The notes under the pieces are model-generated. The model saw nothing but the letters and a program-made list of their open reading frames with translations, was not told the DNA's origin and did no database searches. This document shows positions 42,803 to 52,774 of a stretch of DNA of 64,000 nt, piece by piece. Origin of the DNA: an uncultured Methanoregulaceae archaeon (GTDB lineage: Archaea; Halobacteriota; Methanomicrobia; Methanomicrobiales; Methanospirillaceae). Each line of letters starts with the position of its first letter. Positions within the stretch are counted from its first letter, which is position 1. The DNA is taken from positions 1,152,001-1,216,000 of the forward strand of contig OY969564.1 in the NCBI GenBank assembly GCA_963701095.1, in the 5' to 3' direction. Position numbers and translations under genes: made by a program.

Positions 42803-44056
42803 ATGCGTATGAAAGCCATAAAAATCACGTCAACTGCATTCCTTGTAGTTGCCCTTGTCCTTGTACTGATCGTCGCCGGATGCACACAGTCTCCCGGTAC
42901 ATCAAGCAATGCCACTGCACCATCTGCCTCGGCACCAAACGGTTCGGTCGGCATCTTGGAAACAGCAGGTGTGGGCCCGATGCCACCTCTCCTTGCCACT
43001 AACCAGGTTGATGGCTATATTGCCTGGCAGCCTGTCGCTGAGGCCGGTGTGGAAAGCAACATCGGCCAAATTGCGGTCTATTCAAAGGATTTACCACCGG
43101 CTGGTGAGTGGAGTAACCACCCGCAGAATGTCTTTGTCGTCAGAAAAGACTTCTATGCACAAAACCCTGATTTTGTCAACGATTTCTCTGCACTCAATCT
43201 CGCAGCTACCCAGTATATCAATGACCACCCCCAAGAAGCAGCCGGGATTGCCGCGGACTGGCTTGCCGGTAAACAGAACTTCACGTACGGAAACGTAAGT
43301 GTTTCTTCAGTAACCGTCGTCAGCAATGCTTTACCCACCATTAAATTCACTAACGATCCTTCTGACTCGTGGAAGGCAAGCACTGCGGATTTCGTGCAGG
43401 CTCTTGAGGGTATCGGAACCGTGAATGGTTTTGTCAAGAACAGCTCTGAACCTGATGCCGTTCTCTATAACTTCCAGCCGTACCAGACTGCACAGGCTAT
43501 TATTACAGCAAAGAATGTTACCACCCCGGCACCTTTGAAGAACACCGTGAGTGTCGGGTACCTAATGGCACTGGATCATTCCGCATTGTTTGTCGCCGTT
43601 AAAGACTGGCAGTACTTTAACGATACATACGGTATTGCCCTTAAGCCCGAGGACCTGACAGCTGCTAAACCGACCGTTGCTGACTTCCTCGTAAACGGCC
43701 AGAAAGTGGCAACCGTCAACCTGGTCCCGGCGAATGCAGGGCCGAACCTTATGCAACTAGCTGCCACAAATTCAATCCAGATGTCCTATGTGGGTGTCCC
43801 ACCAGCGATCAGTGCTATTGACATCGGTACACCGATCACCATTGCGTATCCGATTGATAACCTTGGAACCGGCCTTGTGGTAACAAAGGGAGCTCCAGTT
43901 ACAGACTGGCAAAGTTTCGCCGTATGGGCAAAACAGCGGTCCGATGAAGGTAAACCACTGGTTATTGCAGCCCCGGGAAAAGGCTCCATCCAGGATGTTA
44001 TGCTCCGGTATGCCCTCCAGAACAGCGGGTTTGCAGTCACTAATGTAAAGGTTTGA
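42803..44056 (+). CDS. NitT/TauT (SsuA/NMT1-like) ABC substrate-binding lipoprotein, circularly permuted
   Basis: VAGC lipobox; DGYIAWQP, VGYL..DHSALFVA, YVGVPPA and PGKGSIQD motifs. Confidence 0.85.
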   Translation: MRMKAIKITSTAFLVVALVLVLIVAGCTQSPGTSSNATAPSASAPNGSVGILETAGVGPMPPLLATNQVDGYIAWQPVAEAGVESNIGQIAVYSKDLPPAGEWSNHPQNVFVVRKDFYAQNPDFVNDFSALNLAATQYINDHPQEAAGIAADWLAGKQNFTYGNVSVSSVTVVSNALPTIKFTNDPSDSWKASTADFVQALEGIGTVNGFVKNSSEPDAVLYNFQPYQTAQAIITAKNVTTPAPLKNTVSVGYLMALDHSALFVAVKDWQYFNDTYGIALKPEDLTAAKPTVADFLVNGQKVATVNLVPANAGPNLMQLAATNSIQMSYVGVPPAISAIDIGTPITIAYPIDNLGTGLVVTKGAPVTDWQSFAVWAKQRSDEGKPLVIAAPGKGSIQDVMLRYALQNSGFAVTNVKV

Positions 44057-44087
44057 TTAGTTTCGCGGGTCATAATTACCGGGAACA

Positions 44088-44849
44088 ATGACACGGCGTC
44101 TTGGACTGGTATTGCCCATCCTCCTTTTCATCGCATGGGAGATTGCGGCAATTATCGTCAACAACCCTTTTTTTCTTCCAAAACCCGAGGCAGTCATTCC
44201 GGTACTGCTCAGCCCGTTTTCAGATATTCTTGGAACAGGAAGCCTTGTGGATAATGCCTTTGTCAGTATTGAACGCGTAATTCTTGGCTTTGGCATTGCT
44301 GCTGCTGTTGCCATCCCTCTTGGGATAGGTATGGGACGGTTTGCTGTACTCAACGATTTTTTTGATATCACTCTTGAGCTCCTGCGCCCGATACCTCCCC
44401 TTGCCTGGGTACCGCTTGCCCTTGCATGGTTCAAAATCGGGATCGTCTCTATCGTCTTTGTAATTTTTATCGGGGCTGTTTTCCCGATCCTGCTCAATAC
44501 GGTGGATGGAGTACGGGGCGTCAAGAATACCTGGGTTGAAGTAGGTACGACACTCGGTGCAAATGAACGCCAGATCCTTACTAAAGTAATCCTCCCCGGT
44601 GCCGCTCCCACAATCTGGACTGGCCTCAGGGTAGGGTTCGGAATCGCATGGATGTGCGTTGTTGCCGCCGAGATACTGCCCGGCCCCACATCAGGTCTAG
44701 GTTACCTTATTATGTATGCCTACAATCTCGGGCAGATCAACGTTATCATTGCCGGCATCATTGTAATTGGCCTGATCGGCCTTACGATTGATCAGGGATT
44801 CAAGGCAGTGGAAAAGCGGTGGTTCGGATGGAGGAGGCTTGAGCGATGA
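44088..44849 (+). CDS. NitT/TauT ABC permease
   Basis: LRPIPPLAWVPL, EAA-like motif and VVAAE...GLGY. Confidence 0.92.
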   Translation: MTRRLGLVLPILLFIAWEIAAIIVNNPFFLPKPEAVIPVLLSPFSDILGTGSLVDNAFVSIERVILGFGIAAAVAIPLGIGMGRFAVLNDFFDITLELLRPIPPLAWVPLALAWFKIGIVSIVFVIFIGAVFPILLNTVDGVRGVKNTWVEVGTTLGANERQILTKVILPGAAPTIWTGLRVGFGIAWMCVVAAEILPGPTSGLGYLIMYAYNLGQINVIIAGIIVIGLIGLTIDQGFKAVEKRWFGWRRLER

Positions 44850-45607
44850 CCCTTGTCGTCAGGAATGTTTCGAGAACATTTTCTTCAGATAACGGGGAAT
44901 TGGTGGAAGCACTTGCCCATATTTCGTTTTCTGTGAGTGATAAGGAATTTATCTGCATCCTTGGACCCTCAGGATGTGGTAAGACTACCGTACTTCGCAT
45001 CGTAGCCGGACTCGAGTCAGCATCTTCAGGAACGGTTTCTGTCGACGGTGTCACAATCACCAGTCCAAGCCCGAAAATGGCAATGATCTTCCAGGAATAT
45101 TCCCTTTTCCCGTGGAGAACGGTGGAAGAGAACATTTCTTTCGGACTTGAATTAAGAGGAATAAAAAAGCCTGATCGCACAGAAATTAAAGAAAAATATC
45201 TCGATCTTGTAGGCCTCAAAGGTTTCGAACACAGGTTTCCCTACGAACTCTCCGGAGGAATGCGACAGCGGGTGGCTGTGGCACGGGCACTCGCCATTGA
45301 GCCATCTATCCTTCTTATGGATGAACCGTTCGGTGCACTCGATGCCCAGACCCGCAACCGGATGCAGCACGAGCTCCTCCAGATATGGGAAAAGACCAAA
45401 AAAACGATCCTGTTTGTCACCCACAGCGTAGACGAAGCCGTATTCCTTGCGGATCGTATTATCGTCCTTACGCACCGACCCGGAATGATTAAAGAGATTG
45501 TTACTATTCCGGGAACCCGGCCCCGTGATCGTACAGGTGAAGAATTCGGCCAGATCCGGCGACACCTGCTAGAAATGATCCGGGAAGAGTCAGATCCCGT
45601 CCAGTAA
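44846..45607 (+). CDS. NitT/TauT ABC ATP-binding protein
   Basis: GPSGCGKTT, LSGGMRQR and MDEPFGALD motifs. Confidence 0.95.
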   Translation: MTLVVRNVSRTFSSDNGELVEALAHISFSVSDKEFICILGPSGCGKTTVLRIVAGLESASSGTVSVDGVTITSPSPKMAMIFQEYSLFPWRTVEENISFGLELRGIKKPDRTEIKEKYLDLVGLKGFEHRFPYELSGGMRQRVAVARALAIEPSILLMDEPFGALDAQTRNRMQHELLQIWEKTKKTILFVTHSVDEAVFLADRIIVLTHRPGMIKEIVTIPGTRPRDRTGEEFGQIRRHLLEMIREESDPVQ

Positions 45608-45730
45608 GGTTTAATACGCTCAATCTCTATTTTATAAAAGCAGTTTGTGAAGTGTGCTGGCACGACAGCCATACAATATCTTGAGTTTTCGTGCCTGCTT
45701 TTACGATTCATACACTAGGAGTAGGACGCG

Positions 45731-46513
45731 ATGGTAAGAAAACCGGGGAAGATGTACAGGAACCTCGCAAAGAAAGCCTATACACGACGTGAGTATATGG
45801 GCGGGGTTCCCGGAAACAAGATTGTTCAGTTTGAGATGGGAAACCTTTCTCAGGAATTTCCGACAGAGATCGATCTGATCGTAGAGGAGACCTGTCAGAT
45901 ACGGCACAGTGCTCTCGAGGCATCCCGTATCTCTATCAACAGGAAGCTGCTCAAGGATGTCGGTAGGACCAACTTCCACTTCAAGGTCCGTGTCTTCCCT
46001 CACCATGTTCTCCGTGAGAACAAGCAGGCAACCGGCGCCGGTGCAGACCGTGTATCGGAAGGGATGCGCCTTGCATTTGGAAAGGCTGTCGGAACTGCGG
46101 CCAGGGTTGAATCCGGCCAGATTATTTTTACAGTCTATTCTACAGCCCAGTACCTGGATAAGATAAAGGCAGCAATGAGAAACGGCGCACACAAACTTCC
46201 GACTCCATCCCATCTTAAGGTACACACCATCAAGGTCAGCGGCAGGGTTGTCGCAGCACCAAAGATTGCAGGCGATAAAATCGCAGCGCCGGTTAAGGTT
46301 GAAGCCGAAGTAGCTGTAGCAGAACCGGCAGCAAAAGGAGCTGAGGCCGGTAAAGGTGGCGACCACAAGGGTGCACACAAGGGTGCTGAGCCTGCTAAGG
46401 CAGAGTCCGCAGCAAAGGGTGGTGCAAAACCAGCAGCAAAAGGTGCCGAACCGGCAAAGGGCGCTGATGCAAAAGGTGGAAAATCTGCCCCGGCAAAGGG
46501 TGGCAAGAAATAA
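45731..46513 (+). CDS. rpl10e: 50S ribosomal protein uL16 (L10e) with Ala/Lys/Gly-rich C-terminal extension
   Basis: [11 protein letters not shown] and [27 protein letters not shown] motifs. Confidence 0.96.
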   Translation: MVRKPGKMYRNLAKKAYTRREYMGGVPGNKIVQFEMGNLSQEFPTEIDLIVEETCQIRHSALEASRISINRKLLKDVGRTNFHFKVRVFPHHVLRENKQATGAGADRVSEGMRLAFGKAVGTAARVESGQIIFTVYSTAQYLDKIKAAMRNGAHKLPTPSHLKVHTIKVSGRVVAAPKIAGDKIAAPVKVEAEVAVAEPAAKGAEAGKGGDHKGAHKGAEPAKAESAAKGGAKPAAKGAEPAKGADAKGGKSAPAKGGKK

Positions 46514-46628
46514 GTATCTTCCCTTTTTTCTTTCTTTTTTTAAAAGCCATTACAAATTCTGGTATTGCATGGTTCGGCCACCCCCAGTCGCACAGTATAT
46601 AATCTCCCTGTCGCCTAACTATGGATAA

Positions 46629-47465
46629 ATGCTGCGAAGAGGACCGGAGGATCTCTACAAGGCGGTCGCGACTGCGACATGCAGGGCAATGCAGGAAGCG
46701 GTCATATACCTGCCAGCTGATGTAAAACGGGTTATTGCAAATGCTGCGACAGTAGAAAACAACTCAGTGGCAGCCGGAGAATATGAAAATATAATGAAGA
46801 ATATTGTTGCCGCCGAGCATTTGGGTGTTCCACTCTGCCAGGATACCGGGGTCCCTATTGTCTACCTTACTCTTCCCCCGGATGCACCTTTCTCACCGGT
46901 CCTCTTTGATGCTGTCGCAGAAGGTATCAGGCAGGCGACGATCCGGGTCCCGTTGCGTCCTAACGTCGTCGATCCCCTTACCCGGCACAATTCGGGAGAC
47001 AATACCGGCACCGGAATGCCTGCAGTTCATGTTCGACCCGGCGAACGATTTCAGGTAACCGTACTGCCCAAAGGTGCCGGTGCTGAGAATGTTTCCCGGG
47101 TTGTGATGCTCCTTCCGACGCAGGCAGAAAAGATCGAAGAGGTCGTGGTACAGACGATGCTCATCGCTGAAGGTCGTCCATGCCCCCCGGTAATCTTGGG
47201 TGTCGGCATCGGCGGGACCTTCGACAGTGCCCCGGCGCTTGCAAAGGAAGCATTGCTCCTGCCAGTCGATGAGATGAATGAGTTTGAACAGAAACTCTGC
47301 GATGCAGTCAATCAGCTCGGTATTGGTCCGATGGGACTCGGCGGAGTGACCACCGCCCTTGCCGTCAAAGTAAAGACTGCAGCATGCCATACGGCGTCGC
47401 TCCCTGTTGCCGTGAACGTGCAGTGCTGGGCGAACCGCCACGCAACCGTAGAGGTGGACTGGTGA
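46629..47465 (+). CDS. Fe-S hydro-lyase (fumarate hydratase) alpha subunit
   Basis: PLCQDTG, KGAGAEN, PCPP, GPMGLGG and CHTASLPV...CWA motifs. Confidence 0.92.
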   Translation: MLRRGPEDLYKAVATATCRAMQEAVIYLPADVKRVIANAATVENNSVAAGEYENIMKNIVAAEHLGVPLCQDTGVPIVYLTLPPDAPFSPVLFDAVAEGIRQATIRVPLRPNVVDPLTRHNSGDNTGTGMPAVHVRPGERFQVTVLPKGAGAENVSRVVMLLPTQAEKIEEVVVQTMLIAEGRPCPPVILGVGIGGTFDSAPALAKEALLLPVDEMNEFEQKLCDAVNQLGIGPMGLGGVTTALAVKVKTAACHTASLPVAVNVQCWANRHATVEVDW

Positions 47466-48016
47466 AAACGACGGCAATCCAGCTCACGACACCACTGGGC
47501 AAAGAAATACTTAATCTTCGCGCGGGCGACCGGGTTGAGATTTCCGGGATTATCTATACAGCACGCGATGAGGCTCACCAGCGAATGAAAAATGATGGTA
47601 TACCCTTTGACCCGGAAGGAGCAGTAATCTACCATTGCGGACCGGTGATTAAAGACAACAAGATCCTGGCGGCAGGGCCAACGACTTCATCACGGATGAA
47701 CCATTTCACCGGTTTTCTCCTTGATCACGGAGTCCGGGGCCTGATAGGGAAAGGGGGGATGAATCGTACAATCCGCGAACAGCTGCGGGGAAAGGCGGTA
47801 TATTTTGCTTTTACCGGGGGCTGTGCGGCTCTTGCTGCATCCCATATGACACTCAAGGGAGTGCGCTATCCGGATCTCGGTATGGCAGAAGCAATCTGGG
47901 TCATTGAGCTTAACCGGCTACCACTCGTGGTGGGAATTGATGCGCACGGAAAGGATCTCTTCGAGAACGTCATGAAGAATGCATCCCGCATGGCACAGAA
48001 ACCGGAATGCCCTTAA
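47462..48016 (+). CDS. Fe-S hydro-lyase (fumarate hydratase) beta subunit
   Basis: TARDEAH, YHCGP, GPTTSSRM, IGKGG and LGMAEA motifs; GTGA overlap. Confidence 0.92.
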   Translation: MKTTAIQLTTPLGKEILNLRAGDRVEISGIIYTARDEAHQRMKNDGIPFDPEGAVIYHCGPVIKDNKILAAGPTTSSRMNHFTGFLLDHGVRGLIGKGGMNRTIREQLRGKAVYFAFTGGCAALAASHMTLKGVRYPDLGMAEAIWVIELNRLPLVVGIDAHGKDLFENVMKNASRMAQKPECP

Positions 48017-48064
48017 TAAATAGATTTTTTTCTCCTCAACGGCTACATAGATAGGAAAGATCCC

Positions 48065-48337
48065 ATGAAACTCGCCATCGACGAGACCCGGTGCAAGGGC
48101 TGCAATCTCTGTTTAAAGATCTGCCCGTACCGCATTTTTCAAGAGGGAAAAACTCCTAACCGGCGGGGGATCGTGGTGCCGGAACTTGACCGGCCGGAAC
48201 GCTGCACCAACTGCCGCTTACGTCATCTCTATGGCCGGCAGCTCTGTGGGGTCTGCCAGCTTACGTGTCCTGACCAGGCGATTCACTGGGTGGAAGAGGA
48301 GCCGTACGAACTGCATAAGGTGGCGATTGAATATTGA
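48065..48337 (+). CDS. korD: 2-oxoglutarate:ferredoxin oxidoreductase delta (ferredoxin) subunit
   Basis: CKGCNLC...CP and CTNC...CGVC...CP motifs. Confidence 0.85.
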   Translation: MKLAIDETRCKGCNLCLKICPYRIFQEGKTPNRRGIVVPELDRPERCTNCRLRHLYGRQLCGVCQLTCPDQAIHWVEEEPYELHKVAIEY

Positions 48338-49434
48338 CCAGGACTGAATTCTGGCAGGGTAACATCGCTTCTGCTGAAGGAGCCCTTGCGGCCGGCTGCC
48401 GTTTCTTTGGAGGGTATCCCATTACCCCTTCAACTGAGGTCGCCGAGCATATGGCAGCGAAGCTCCCGAAAAAAGGTGGGGTCTTCATCCAGATGGAGGA
48501 TGAGCTGGCAAGTATTGCTTCAGTCATTGGCGCATCGTGGACTGGTGCACGGGCGATGACGGCAACGAGCGGCCCGGGCTTTTCCCTGATGATGGAAAAT
48601 ATCGGGTACGCGGCGATGACCGAAACGCCCTGTGTTATTGTGAACGTGCAGCGGGGAGGGCCTTCAACCGGCCAGCCTACGATGGCTGCACAAGGGGATA
48701 TGATGCAGTGCCGGTTCGGTTCTCATGGGGACTATGCAATCATCGCCCTGTGCCCTGCAAGCGTCCAGGAGATGTTCGATCTCACGGTAAAGGCGTTCAA
48801 CCTCGCTGATATGTACCGGGTACCGGTATTTTTAATGGCTGACGAAGTAATCGGGCACATGCGGGAACGTATCCTCGTGCCGGAAACCGTGGAGCATACC
48901 GGTCGACCGGCCTTTGTCCCCGGCATTCCGCCATTTAAGCCGGGCCCGGGCCATATACCCGGCTTTCCTGAATTCGGGAAAGGGTACGGGACACACGTGA
49001 CCGGCCTCACCCACGATGAGCGGGGATATCCCTGTGCAACGAATCCCGGCCTCCATGCGACGCTCATAAAAAGGCTCGTCGACAAGATAGAATCGGCGAC
49101 AGAAGAACTCGCGGATTTTGACGTGATCAATCCCGACGCAGAGCAGGTCTTTATCGCATACGGCGCGCCCGTGCGTACTGTTCAACAGGTACTTCAGGAT
49201 CACCCGGCTGCAAAGATCGGCTTTTTGCGGATCCGTACGGTCTGGCCTTTCCCGAGCCACGCACTTGCACTGTTCGGGAATGCCCGGCGCTTTATCGTGC
49301 CGGAAATGAATCTCGGCCAGATTGCACGAGAGATTGAGCGACATACTAACGTGCCAGTGATGTCCGTCCCGAAGATTGGCGGTGACCTGCATACGCCGGC
49401 AGAACTTGAAGGTATACTGGAGGCAGGATCATGA
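48334..49434 (+). CDS. korA: 2-oxoglutarate:ferredoxin oxidoreductase alpha subunit
   Basis: GYPITPSTE, QMEDE, TATSGPG and RGGPSTG motifs. Confidence 0.92.
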   Translation: MTRTEFWQGNIASAEGALAAGCRFFGGYPITPSTEVAEHMAAKLPKKGGVFIQMEDELASIASVIGASWTGARAMTATSGPGFSLMMENIGYAAMTETPCVIVNVQRGGPSTGQPTMAAQGDMMQCRFGSHGDYAIIALCPASVQEMFDLTVKAFNLADMYRVPVFLMADEVIGHMRERILVPETVEHTGRPAFVPGIPPFKPGPGHIPGFPEFGKGYGTHVTGLTHDERGYPCATNPGLHATLIKRLVDKIESATEELADFDVINPDAEQVFIAYGAPVRTVQQVLQDHPAAKIGFLRIRTVWPFPSHALALFGNARRFIVPEMNLGQIAREIERHTNVPVMSVPKIGGDLHTPAELEGILEAGS

Positions 49435-50235
49435 GCTGACGAGGAATGGTTCCGTCAGGACCGTCTCCCCCATATCTACTGCGCTGGCTGCGGGAATGGT
49501 ACCATCATCAATTGTACCCTATCTGCCGTTGATTCCATAGACTGGAAAAAAGAAGACACGGTCTTTGTCTCCGGGATTGGATGTTCATCACGCGCACCGG
49601 GGTATATTGTTACCGATTCTCTCCATACGACCCATGGTCGGGCACTCGCTTTTGCAACCGGCGTAAAGATGGCAAATCCCAACCTTCATGTTATTGTCTT
49701 TACGGGTGACGGAGATCTCGCTGCCATCGGAGGCAATCACTTCATCCACGCCTGCCGCCGGAACATTGATCTTACGGTGGTCTGCATGAATAACCAGATC
49801 TATGGAATGACCGGAGGGCAGGGGAGCCCGACTACCCCAAGGGGCTGCCTTTCGACAACGACTCCTTACGGATGCACTGAGCCTGCTTTTGATCTCTCGG
49901 AACTCGCGATTGCTGCAGGGGCAAACTATGTGTCACGCTGGACATCGTATCATGTCAAGGAACTTGAACGGGCCGTGAAAGTCGGTCTTGAAACACCCGG
50001 GTTCTCCTTTATCGAAGCTTTAACCCAGTGCCCTACGAACTTCGGACGCCGGAACAAGTTCCGGCAGGTCTCAGACCAGATCGAATACCTCAAAGCGCAC
50101 TCGCTGTTGAAAGTAAAAAGGGACCGGATGCTTGAACAAGGTGAGAACATTCCTGAAGATATGTACGTGGTCGGGGAATTGATGCGACGCAACCGGCCTG
50201 CGATGGGGCTCCCAAACACGGAGGCAAAACCGTGA
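49431..50235 (+). CDS. korB: 2-oxoglutarate:ferredoxin oxidoreductase beta subunit; start ATG out of frame by one base
   Basis: PHIYCAGCG, SGIGCS, HGR, GDGD, YGMTGGQ and CPT motifs. Confidence 0.9.
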
Positions 50236-50771
50236 GACGTGAAGTGAGGTTCTCCGGGTTTGGCGGCCAGGGAATTATCCTTTCAGCGGTCATCCTCGGG
50301 CGTGCGGCCGTGATGTACGATCACAAATTTGCGGTGCAGACCCAAGTCTACGGGCCTGAAGCCCGGGGCGGGGCGTCCATGAGCGCAGTCATCATTGACG
50401 ATGCGGAAATACTGTATCCCAAGGTCGCAGATCCTGATATTTTTGTTATTATGTCACAGGAGGGATTTGAGAAGTATGGCGCATCTGCCAGATCTGATGC
50501 AGTCATGATCCTTGATTCCACGCTGGTTCACTCGCGGCCCGGGTGTACCTTTCACGAGATCCCGGCAACGGCGGAGGCACGGAAAACACTCGGCCGGGAT
50601 ATAGTCGCAAATATCGTGATGCTGGGTGCTCTTGTAGGCTATACCCATGTGGTCAGTGAAGAGTCGCTCAAAAAAGCCATCCTTGATTCGGTACCAAAAG
50701 GTACGGAAGCGCTTAATACCAGAGCCATGGAGCTCGGTGGTACCCTGGCTGGAGGGAAGAATCAATCATGA
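50232..50771 (+). CDS. korC: 2-oxoglutarate:ferredoxin oxidoreductase gamma subunit
   Basis: GFGGQG, YGPEARGG and NIVMLGA motifs. Confidence 0.9.
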   Translation: MRREVRFSGFGGQGIILSAVILGRAAVMYDHKFAVQTQVYGPEARGGASMSAVIIDDAEILYPKVADPDIFVIMSQEGFEKYGASARSDAVMILDSTLVHSRPGCTFHEIPATAEARKTLGRDIVANIVMLGALVGYTHVVSEESLKKAILDSVPKGTEALNTRAMELGGTLAGGKNQS

Positions 50772-51853
50772 AACTGCTGGAATATGAGGCGAAACAGCTT
50801 TTTGCCCAGGAAGGAATCAGGGTACCAAAAGGGATCCTGATAGAGAAATGTGAGGAGATTCCCCCCCGTAGAAATGAGATCTCCGGAAAAGTTGTCATAA
50901 AGGCCCAGGTAGATGTCGGAGGCAGAGGAAAGGCCGGTGGTGTCCTGATGGCTGATCAGGATACTGTCATTGAGACGACACGCCAGCTCTTTAATACGAG
51001 GATCAAGGACATCGCAGTCCAGCGGATCCTCATTGAGGAGCGCCTCGATATCCAGCATGAATATTTCGTAAGCATCACGATTGACCGGACAAAAAAACAA
51101 CCCGTGATCCTTTTTGCCGAGACCGGGGGCGTCGATATCGAGGAGACCGCACAGAAAAAGAAAGATGCGATTCGATCGGTCAGTTTCTCACCCCTTCTTT
51201 CAGACGTGCCACCGTTCCTGTTGCGGGAACTGTGCGGTGACGCTCCGGCTGATATCCTGAAAACGGTGAATAAGCTGTATCATGTGTTCTGCCATAAGGA
51301 TGCCCTGCTTGCTGAGATCAACCCTCTGGTTACCACACCAAACGGTGTCTATGCAGCCGATGCAAAACTCATTGTCGATGATAACAGCCTTGCCCGCCAG
51401 GGTATCGCCATCAACCGGGACCTGACCGAGCGGGAACGGGAAGCGGAGAAACACGGCTTTTCGTTCGTCGAGTTGGATGGCACCATTGGAGTCATCGGGA
51501 ACGGTGCTGGTCTTACGATGTCAACACTGGATCTCATTGAATATTACGGCGGAAAAGCTTCCGATTTCCTTGATGTTGGCGGTGGTGCGGACAGCGAGCG
51601 GGTGATGCATGCCGTACGTCTCGTCTCAGGTGTTCCATCTGTCAGGGTTATTGTTGTCAACCTGCTCGGCGGTATTACCCGGTGTGACGAGGTGGCAAAG
51701 GGCATCATTGCCTCTGGTGTTTCCGTACCGGTGATTGTGCGGATAGCCGGAACGAATGCAGAAGAAGGACAGAGACTTCTTGCTGAAAAAGGGTACGAGA
51801 TGCTAGATACCATGGATCACGTTGTCAAAAAAGCCGTAGAGGTGGCAGGATGA
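50768..51853 (+). CDS. sucC: Succinyl-CoA synthetase beta subunit
   Basis: LLEYEAK, KAQV..GGRGKAGGV, EINPL and GNGAGL motifs. Confidence 0.93.
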   Translation: MKLLEYEAKQLFAQEGIRVPKGILIEKCEEIPPRRNEISGKVVIKAQVDVGGRGKAGGVLMADQDTVIETTRQLFNTRIKDIAVQRILIEERLDIQHEYFVSITIDRTKKQPVILFAETGGVDIEETAQKKKDAIRSVSFSPLLSDVPPFLLRELCGDAPADILKTVNKLYHVFCHKDALLAEINPLVTTPNGVYAADAKLIVDDNSLARQGIAINRDLTEREREAEKHGFSFVELDGTIGVIGNGAGLTMSTLDLIEYYGGKASDFLDVGGGADSERVMHAVRLVSGVPSVRVIVVNLLGGITRCDEVAKGIIASGVSVPVIVRIAGTNAEEGQRLLAEKGYEMLDTMDHVVKKAVEVAG

Positions 51854-52727
51854 TCTACGGGGATAAAAAGACCGGCATTATCGTGACTGGTGCGACCGGC
51901 CGGCAAGGAGAATACCATATCGGCTTAATGAACGAGTATGCTCGTCAGGTTGGTGGCAGAGGTGTTGTAGCGGGAGTCACACCAAAAAAGGGAGGCCAGA
52001 CGGTCCATGGTGTCCCGGTGTATAATACCGTAAAAGAAGCACTCCGGGAGCAGGACGCAACAGCGGCTGTTGTTTTTGTGCCAGGAGGGGCCGCGGCAGA
52101 TTCCATTATGGAAGCAGCAGAAGCTGGTCTCGAACTTATTGTGGCAATCACCGAACATGTTCCGGTGCATGATACTATGAAAGCGATTGCCTACGCAGAG
52201 ATGAAAGGGTGTGCGGTTATCGGGCCTAACTGCCCCGGCCTTCTCTCACCCGGTGAAGTAAAGATGGGGATCATGCCTTCAGGCCTCTTTTCACGGGGCA
52301 ATGTTGGCGTGGTCTCAAGAAGCGGTACGCTTACCTATGAAGTTGTCGATGAACTCACAAGGGCAGGGATTGGCCAGAGTACAGTAATTGGGATTGGTGG
52401 CGATCCGGTGATCGGCCAGACCTTCAGCGATGTGCTGGAACGGTTCGCGGAGGATCCCGGAACCAAGGCTGTTGTCCTCATCGGTGAAGTTGGGGGGAAT
52501 CTTGAGGCAGAAGGAGCCCGGCACACGGATGTACCCCTTGTTGCTTATATTGCCGGGTATCAGCACCACCGGATAAACGGATGGGCCATGCCGGCGCAAT
52601 CGTAGAAGGCGGGGAGAGCGATGCACGATCCAAGATTGCAAAACTCAAAGAAATGGGTGTCCCGGTCGCATCACGACCTTCGGAAATCCCGGATCTTATC
52701 CGGGACCTGTTCCGCTGCCACTGCTAA
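51850..52727 (+). CDS. sucD: Succinyl-CoA synthetase alpha subunit; frameshift at about 52556
   Basis: GVTP.KGG, GPNCPG, SRSGTL and IGEVGG; phospho-His motif KRMGHAGA in the next frame. Confidence 0.93.
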
Positions 52728-52774
52728 AATCAGGGAATTCCAGCAATTGTCTTTTTTGATCGTCTGCTTTTTTT

